Shown here: piece after piece, positions 57,334 to 57,571 of the stretch | Layout: each line of letters begins with the position of its first letter | Position numbering within the stretch: position 1 is the first letter of the stretch | NCBI GenBank assembly: GCA_910587745.1 | Contig: CAJUNE010000003.1 | Location: forward strand, 1 to 57,571 | DNA from: an uncultured Bacilli bacterium | GTDB taxonomy: Bacteria > Bacillota_I > Bacilli_A > RF39 > UBA660 | Direction: 5' to 3' | DNA: 57,571 nucleotides | Program-made: the position numbers and the translations under genes | The notes under the pieces: model-generated | The model's database searches: none | What the model was told of the DNA's origin: nothing | Seen by the model: only the letters and a program-made list of their open reading frames with translations

Positions 57334-57421
57334 TTGAGCGGGTATTCTTAGGAATATCACTGATGGCAGTACTTCCATCAGAGCTTCGCATAGGTAATTG
57401 GAACCTATCCGTAGCACTCAA
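57334..57421. ncRNA. GC-enriched cloverleaf-like structured RNA candidate (strand unresolved; possibly a 5' leader of the GDPD gene)
   Basis: A closing helix TTGAGYG/CRCTCAA encloses three perfect hairpins at 57343-57356, 57360-57381 and 57390-57408. The element stands out from flanks that are almost pure A+T. Confidence 0.4.
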
Positions 57422-57571
57422 TTTTTTTGTTTATTATTTTTATCTATTTTATATATAATGCCCCTCTATATCTTAAACAATATTATACTTATTTTCCAAG
57501 CAAATTAAAAGAACTATTTTTGAAGTAGTCAAGAAAAAATAGACACTTTATAAAAAGAACGTTCTTTTAAA

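Noticed and set aside
57553-57568. Perfect 16-bp palindrome AAAAGAACGTTCTTTT at the window edge
   Set aside because: Most simply it is the terminator hairpin of a gene lying beyond the window end. It cannot be evaluated without the flanking sequence.

Overview
Very AT-rich (about a quarter G+C by eye), gene-dense chromosomal segment from an endospore-forming Bacillota. Gene content and local synteny look Bacilli/Erysipelotrichia-like: rnhC, sufCDSU, comEA-comEC-holA, lepA-hemW, rimM-trmD, infC-rpmI-rplT, rpsU-yqeY and rpsB-tsf...frr, plus spoIID, gpr, spoIIIAH, gerE, a gerM-like gene and a gerA/C/B-type germinant receptor operon. About 80 protein genes are present, most on the minus strand and many overlapping by TAATG or ATGA. 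There are five tRNAs (Glu-Ile-Lys cluster, Arg, Ser), a Ser-type T-box leader and an L20-type attenuator leader. I found no CRISPR array, rRNA, transposase or integrase. The main accessory element is a bacteriocin-type locus at about 40.99-44.76 kb: a C39-peptidase ABC exporter, a 136-aa accessory protein, then three tandem, translationally coupled double-glycine-leader peptide genes that fall below the ORF-track size cut-off, with a divergent tandem-HTH regulator and phased direct repeats in the shared control region. Other points worth a second look: (1) ribosomal proteins L20 and S2 both carry a near-identical Rho_N/SAP-like C-terminal module; (2) a T-box(Ser) operon couples a (p)ppGpp-hydrolase-like HD protein to serS; (3) an SRA-like/HNH nuclease overlaps a MutT/NudG-like Nudix gene; (4) the suf operon here lacks sufB and has a half-size SufD; (5) AlaRS is a short form; (6) two unknown envelope proteins sit where pyrH normally lies between tsf and frr; (7) a GC-enriched cloverleaf-like RNA element lies next to a GDPD gene. 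All protein calls come from motif recognition by eye; no database search was run.
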